Assembly (NCBI RefSeq): GCF_009914755.1
Contig: NC_060933.1
From: the human T2T-CHM13v2.0 reference genome, Homo sapiens
Length of the DNA stretch: 64,000 nt
Strand: one strand, 5' to 3'
Positions 57,901 through 64,000 of this stretch are shown here, one piece after another. Position numbers and translations under genes: made by a program. Positions within the stretch are counted from its first letter, which is position 1; the number at the start of each line of letters is the position of its first letter. Below the pieces are notes generated by a model. The model saw only the letters and a list, made by a program, of their open reading frames with translations. It did no database searches and was not told the DNA's origin.

Positions 57901-60900
57901 GAATGGGTTCGACTCGAATGGAACGGAATGTAATGAAATCAACCCGAGTGGAATGGCATGGAATGGAATGGAATGGAATGGAATGGAATGGAATGGAAAC
58001 AACACGAGTGCAATGTAATGGAATCGAATGGAATGGAATGCAATGGATTCAACCCGAATGGAATGGAAACGAATGGAATAAAACCGAGTGGAATGGCATG
58101 GAATGGAGTCTAATGGAATGGAATGGAATGGAATGGTATGGAATAGAATGGAATGGAACGAAATGGAATGGAATGGAATGGAATGAAATGAACCCGTGTG
58201 CAATGGAATGGAATGGAATGGAATGGAATGGAATGGATTCAACTCGAATGGAATGGAAAGGAATGGAATCAACCCGAGTGGAATGGCATGGAATGGAATG
58301 GAATGGAATGGAATTAACCCTAATAGAATGGAATGGAATGGAATGGAATGGAATGGAATGGAATGGAAGGAAATGGAATGGAATGGAATGGAATGGAATG
58401 GAATGGAATGGAATGGTACGGAATAGAATGGAATGGAACGAAATGGAATGGAATGGAATGGAATGGGATGGAATGGAATGGAATGGAATCAACCCGAGTG
58501 CAGGGGAATGGAATGGAATGGAAGGCAATGGAATGACATCATTCGGAATTGAATGGAATGGAATGGAATGGAATGGAATCAACTCGATTGGAATGGAATG
58601 GAATGGAATGGAATGGAATGGAATGGAATGGAATGGAAGTGAATGGAATGGAATGTAATGAAACCGAGTGCAGGGGAATGGAATGGAATGGAATGCAATG
58701 GAATGGAGTCATCCGGAATGGAACGGAATGGAATGGAATGGAATCAACCCGAGTGCAATGGAATGGAATGGAATGGAAAGGAATGGAATGGAATGGACTC
58801 AACCCGAATGGAATGGAAAGGAATGGAATCAACCCGAGAGGAATGGCATGGAATGGAATGGAATGGAATGGAGTGGAATGGTACAGAATAGAATGTAATG
58901 GAACGAAATGGAATGGAATGGAATGGAATGGAATGGAATCATTCCGAGTGGAATAGAAGGGAATGTTTTCGAGTGGAATGAAAAGGAATGGAATCAACCA
59001 GAGTGGAATGGAATGGAATCGAGTGGAATGGAATGCAATCGAATGGAATGGAAAGGAATAGAATGGAATCAACCCGAGTGGAATGGAATGGAAAGGACTG
59101 GAATGGAATGGAATGGAATGCAATGGAATCAACTCGATTGCAATGAAATGGAATGGAATGGAATGGAATGGAATGGAATTAACCGGAATAGAATGGAATT
59201 GAATGGAATGGAAAGGAATGGAATGGAATAGAATGGAATGGAATGGATTCAACTCGAATGGAATGGAAAGGAATGGAATCAACCCGAGTGGAATGGCATG
59301 GAACGGAATGGAATGGAATGGAATGGAATGGAATTAACCCTAATAGAATGGAATGGAATGGAATGGAATGGAATGGAATGGAATGGAATGGAATGGAAGG
59401 AAATGGAATGGAATGGAATGGAATGGAATGGAATGGAATGGAATGGAATGGAAGGAAATGGAATGGAATGGAATGGAATGGAATGGAATGGAATGGAAGG
59501 AAATGGAATGGAATGGAATGGAATGGAATGGAATGGAATGGAAAGGAATGGAATGGAATGGAATGGAAGGAAATGGAATGGAATGGAATGGAATGGAATG
59601 GAATGGAATGGAATGGTACGGAATAGAATGGAATGGAACGAAATGGAATGGAATGGAATGGAATGGAATGGAATGGAATGGAATGGAATGGAAGTGAATG
59701 GAATGGAATGTAATGAAACCGAGTGCAGGGGAATGGAATGGAATGGAATGCAATGGAATGGAGTCATCCGGAATGGAACGGAATGGAATGGAATGGAATC
59801 AACCCGAGTGCAATGGAATGGAATGGAATGGAAAGGAATGGAATGGAATGGATTCAACCCGAATGGAATGGAAAGGAATGGAATCAACCCGAGAGGAATG
59901 GCATGGAATGGAATGGAATGGAATGGAGTGGAATGGTACGGAATAGAATGTAATGGAACGAAACGGAATGGAATGGAATGGAATGGAATGGAATGGAATG
60001 GAATCATTCCGAGTGGAATAGAAGGGAATGTTTTCGAGTGGAATGAAAAGGAATGGTATCAACCAGAGTGGAATGGAATGGAATCGAATGGAATGGAAAG
60101 GAATAGAATGGAATCAACCCGAGTGGAATGGAATGGAAAGGACTGGAATGGAATGGAATGGAATGCAATGGAATCAACACGATTGCAATGAAATGGAATG
60201 GAATGGAATGGAATGGAATGGAATGGAATGGAATAGAATGGAAAGGAATCACTCCAAGTGCAGGGGAATTTAATGGAATGGAATGCAGTGGAATGGAATC
60301 ATCCGGAATGGAATGGAATGGAATGGAATGGAACGGAATGGAATGGAATCAACTCGAATTCAATGGAATGGAAAGGAATGGAATGGAATGGAATGCAATG
60401 GAATCGTACGGAATAGAATGGAATGGAACGAAATGGAATGTAATGGAATGGAATGGAATGGAATGGAATGGAACGGAATGGAATGGAATGAACCCGCGTG
60501 CAATGGAATGGAACGGAATGGAATGGAATGGAATGGAATGGAATGGAATGGAATGGGTTCAACTCGAATGGAATGGAAAGGAATGGAATCAACACGAGTG
60601 GAATGGCATGGAATGGAATGGAATTGAATGAAATGGAATGGAATGGAATGGAATGAAATGTAATGGAATGGAAAGGAATGGAATCAACACGAGTGGAATG
60701 GCATGGAATGGAATGGAATTGAATGAAATGGAATGGAATGGAATGGAATGAAATGTAATGGAATGGAATGGAATGGAATCAACCCGAGTGCAATGTAATG
60801 GAATCGAATGGAATGGAATGGAATGGATTCAACCCGAATGGAATTAAAAGGAATGGAATATACCCGAGTGGAATGGCATGGAATGGAGTGGAATGGAATG

Positions 60901-62830
60901 GAATGGAATGGAATGGAATGGTACGGAATAGAATGGAATGTAACGAAATGGAATGTAAGGGAATGGAATGGAATGGAATGGAATGAACCCGTGTGCAATG
61001 GAATGGAATGGAATGGAATGGAATGGAATGGAATGGAATGGATTCAACTCTAATGGAATGGAAGGGAATGGAATCAACGCGAGTGGAATGGCATGGAATG
61101 GAATGGAATGGAATGGAATGGAAGTAAATGGAATGGAATGGAATGAACCCGAGTGCAGGGGAATGGAATGGAATGGAATGGAATGGAATGGAATGGAATG
61201 GAATTGAATGGAATGGAATGGAATGCAGTGGAATGGAATCAAACCTAGTGCAATTGAATGGAATGGAATGGAATGGAATGGAATGGAATGGAATGGAATG
61301 GATTCAACCCAAATGGAATGGAAAGCAATGGAATCAACCCGAGTGGAATGGCATGGAATGGAATGGAATGGAATGTAATGGAATGGAATGGAATGGAATG
61401 GAATGGTACGGAATAAAATGGAATGGAACGAAATGGAATGGAATGGAACGGAATAGAATGGAATGATTCCGAGTGGAATAGAAGGGAATGAATTCGAGTG
61501 GAATGGAAAGGAATGGAATCAACCAGAGTGGAATGGAAGGGAATGGAATGGAATGGAAACTAATAAAATGGAATCAACACGAGTGGAATGGAATGGAAAG
61601 GACTTGAATGGAATGGAATGGAATGGAATGGAATCAAGTCGATTGCAATGGAATGTAATGGAATGGAGTGGAATGGAATTAACGCGAATAGAATGGAATG
61701 GAATGGAATGGAATGGAATGGAATGGAATGGAATGGAATGGAATCAACCTGAGTGCAGGGGAATGGAATGCAATGGAATGCAATGGAATGGAATGGAATG
61801 GAATGGAATCAACGCGAGTGCAGGGGAATGGAATGTAATGGAATGCAATGGAATGGAATCTTCCGGAATGGAATGGAATGGAATGGAATCAACCCGAGTG
61901 CAATGGAATGGAGTGGAATGGAATGGAATGGAATTGAACAACACGAATGCAATCGAATGTAATGGAGAGTAAGGGAGTTGAATAGAATCAATCCGAATGT
62001 AATGGAATGGAATGGAACGGAATGGAATTGAATGGTATGGAATGGAATGCAATGGAATGGAATCAACCCGAGTGCAATGGAATGGAGAGGAATGGAGTGG
62101 AAACTACCCGAATGGAATGGAATGTAATGGAGTGTAAGGGAATTGAATAGAATCAATCCGAATGTAATGGAATGGAATGGAACGGAATGGAATGGAATGG
62201 AATGGAATGGAATGGAATGGAATGGAATACAATGGAATGGAATCAACCCGAGTGCAATCGAATGGAATCGAATGTAATGGAATGCAATGGAATGGATTCA
62301 ACTTGAATGGAATGGAAAGAATGGAATCAATACGAGTGGAATGGCATGGATTGGAATGGAATGGAATGGAATCAACCCGAGTACAGGGGAATGGAATGGA
62401 ATGGAATGCAATGGAATGGAATCATCCGTAATGTAATGGAAAGGAATGGAATGGAATGGAATGGAATGGAATGGAATGGAATGGAATGGAATCAACTCGA
62501 TTGCAGTCGAATGGAATGGAATGGAATTAACCCAAATAGAATGGAATGGAATGGAATGGAATGGAACGGAAAGGAATGGAATGGAATGGAATGGAATAGA
62601 ATGGAATGGAACGGAACGGAATGGAACGGAATGGAATGGAATGGAATGGAATGGAATGGAATGGAATGGAATCAACGCGAGTGCAGGGGAATGGAATGGA
62701 ATGGAATGCAATGGAATGGAATCATCCGGAATGGAATGGAATGGAATGGAATGGCATGAAATGCAATGGATTCAACTCGATTGCAATGGAATGGAATGGA
62801 ATGGAATGGAATGGAATGGAATGGAATGGA
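42001..62830 (+). repeat. ~10.4 kb tandem duplication (about 42001-52401 and 52402-62830)
   Basis: Marker offsets are 10411 (43621/54032, 48125/58536, 49839/60250) and 10401 (42894/53295). Private words GGAAAGAATTGG, GGAACGCAATG, ACCAACTCGATTGTGATGG and AATACAACGG occur only at ~42.3-42.5 kb and ~52.7-52.9 kb. Confidence 0.92.
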
Positions 62831-63219
62831 ATTAACCCGAATAGAATGGAATGGAATGGAATGGAACGGAATGGAACGGAATGGAATGGAATGGAATGGA
62901 ATGGAATGGTATGGAGTGGAATGGAATGGAATCAACACGAGTGCAGTGTAATGGAATCGAATGGAATGGAATGGAATGGAATGGATTCAACACGAATGGA
63001 ATGGAAAGGAATGGAATAAACCCGCGTGGAATGGCATGGAATGGAGTGGAATGGAATGGAATGGAATGGAATGGAATCAACCCGAGTGCAATGTAATGGA
63101 ATCGAATGGAATGGAATGGAATGGAATGGATTCAACCCGAATGGAATGGAAAGGAATGGAATAATCCCGAGTGGAATGGCATGAAGTGGAGTGGAATGGA
63201 ATGGAATGGAATGGAATGG

Positions 63220-63615
63220 AATGGTACGGAATAGAATGGAATGGAACGAAATGGAATGGAATGGAATGGAATGGAATGGAATGGAATGGAATGAACCCGT
63301 GTGCAATGGAATGGAATCGAATGGAATGGAATGGATTGGAATGGATTCAACTCGAATGGAATGGAAAGGAATGGAATGAACACGAGTGGAATGGCATGGA
63401 ATGGAATGGAATGGAATGGAATGGAATGGAATGGTACGGAATAGAATGGAATGGAACGAAATGGAATGGAATGGAATGGAATGGAATGGAATGGAATGGA
63501 ATGAACCCGTGTGCAATGGAATGGAATCGAATGGAATGGAATGGATTGGAATGGATTCAACTCGAATGGAATGGAAAGGAATGGAATGAACACGAGTGGA
63601 ATGGCATGGAATGGA
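63220..63615 (+). repeat. ~210 bp tandem duplication private to the last HOR unit
   Basis: GAACCCGTGTGCAATGGAATGGAATCGAATGG...GATTGG...GAATGAACACGAGTGG occurs at ~63293 and ~63503. Other units have a single copy. Confidence 0.88.
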
Positions 63616-64000
63616 ATGGAATGAAATGGAATGGAATGGAATGGAATGGAATGGAATGGAATCAACCCGAGTGCAGGGGAATGGAATGGAATTGAAGGCA
63701 ATGGAATGGAATCATCCGGAATTGAATGGAATGGAATGGAATCAACTCGATTGCAATGGAATGGAATGGAATGGAATGGAATGGAATGGAATGGAATGGA
63801 ATGGAATGGAATGGAATTAACCCGAATAGAATGGAATGGAATGGAATGGAAGTAAATGGAATGGAAGGTAATGAACCCGAGTGCAGGGGAATGGAATGGA
63901 ATGGAATGCAATGAAATGGAGTCATCCGGAATGGAACGGAAAGGAATGGAATGGAACCAACCCGTGTGCAATGGAATTGAAAGGAATGGAATGGAATGGA

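Larger units (their letters stand above)
1..64000 (+). repeat. Satellite III (HSat3) array, (GGAAT)n with interspersed CAACCCGAGT/CAACTCGATT/TAACCCGAAT decamers; G-rich strand on +
   Basis: GGAAT is the dominant word on every line. Runs are interrupted every ~50-150 bp by CAACCCGAGT-family decamers, the hallmark of HSat3 (ACTCGGGTTG on the CATTC strand). No strand switch or non-satellite sequence is visible. Confidence 0.98.
20631..64000 (+). repeat. ~6.2 kb higher-order (nested tandem) repeat array of HSat3, about 7 units
   Basis: CACTCCAAGTGCAGGGGAATTTAATGG occurs at 23724, 30790, 37103, 43621, 49839, 54032 and 60250 (spacings 7066, 6313, 6518, 6218, 4193, 6218). ACATCATTCG occurs at 22090, 29106, 35259/35394, 41592, 48125 and 58536. 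Identical ORF translations recur at the same offsets. Confidence 0.92.

Noticed and set aside
42001-62830. The 10.4 kb duplication as a pure assembly artefact
   Set aside because: The copies differ by several substitutions and many run lengths, which favours a real duplication, although only spanning reads can fully exclude an artefact.
8-63971. Hundreds of ORFs encoding MEWNG/IPFHS repeats, up to 469 aa (3189..4598, minus strand)
   Set aside because: (GGAAT)n has no stop codon in any frame on either strand and an ATG every 5 bp. The ORFs overlap in all six frames and their ends shift with 5-bp slippage between copies, so there is no coding constraint.
1-64000. CRISPR-like pattern of recurring CAACCCGAGT words separated by spacers
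   Set aside because: The 'spacers' are the same pentamer rather than unique sequences, their lengths vary widely, and there are no cas genes or leader.
1-64000. SCA31-type (TGGAA)n expansion or a simple microsatellite
   Set aside because: There are no (TAAAA)n/(TAGAA)n blocks, Alu tail or unique flanks. The length and decamer interruptions match HSat3.
1-64000. HSat2, DYZ1, alpha satellite or telomeric repeat
   Set aside because: It lacks the dense GAATCATCGAAT/CATTCGATTC words of HSat2, has no ~3.6 kb period, no 171 bp monomer, no recognisable CENP-B box and no TTAGGG arrays.
1-64000. Inversion or strand switch; transposon insertion
   Set aside because: No (ATTCC)n run appears on the + strand, and no non-satellite sequence is visible.
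1-64000. Canonical G-quadruplex array
   Set aside because: Runs of three or more G are isolated (GCAGGGG, AAGGG) and not clustered in fours. Any non-B structure would be the known GGA-type hairpin pairing of (GGAAT)n, which cannot be assessed from sequence alone.

Overview
The whole 64 kb window is one uninterrupted satellite array in a single orientation: (GGAAT)n pentamers punctuated by CAACCCGAGT-type decamers. This is classical human/primate Satellite III (HSat3), and it most resembles the chromosome 9q12 type. There are no genes, RNA genes, transposons or unique sequence. The hundreds of MEWNG/IPFHS ORFs are artefacts of a stop-free pentamer. Tracking rare variant words by eye shows a layered architecture. 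(i) A partial copy of a ~6.2 kb higher-order repeat (HOR) lies at 1-3170. (ii) An irregular, differently marked ~17.5 kb domain (3170-20630) is built from ~1-1.8 kb modules. (iii) A ~6.2 kb HOR array (20630-64000) has two alternating haplotypes (A/B). It contains an 858 bp duplication, a probable whole-unit duplication with a 135 bp scar, a ~1.27 kb graft of domain-(ii)-type sequence, and a young ~10.4 kb tandem duplication. The large rearrangements preserve the 5-bp register. At least 27 perfect nGAAnnTTCnnGAAn heat-shock elements sit at fixed module positions. I found no evidence for a new protein-coding system. Coordinates were read manually and boundaries are approximate.
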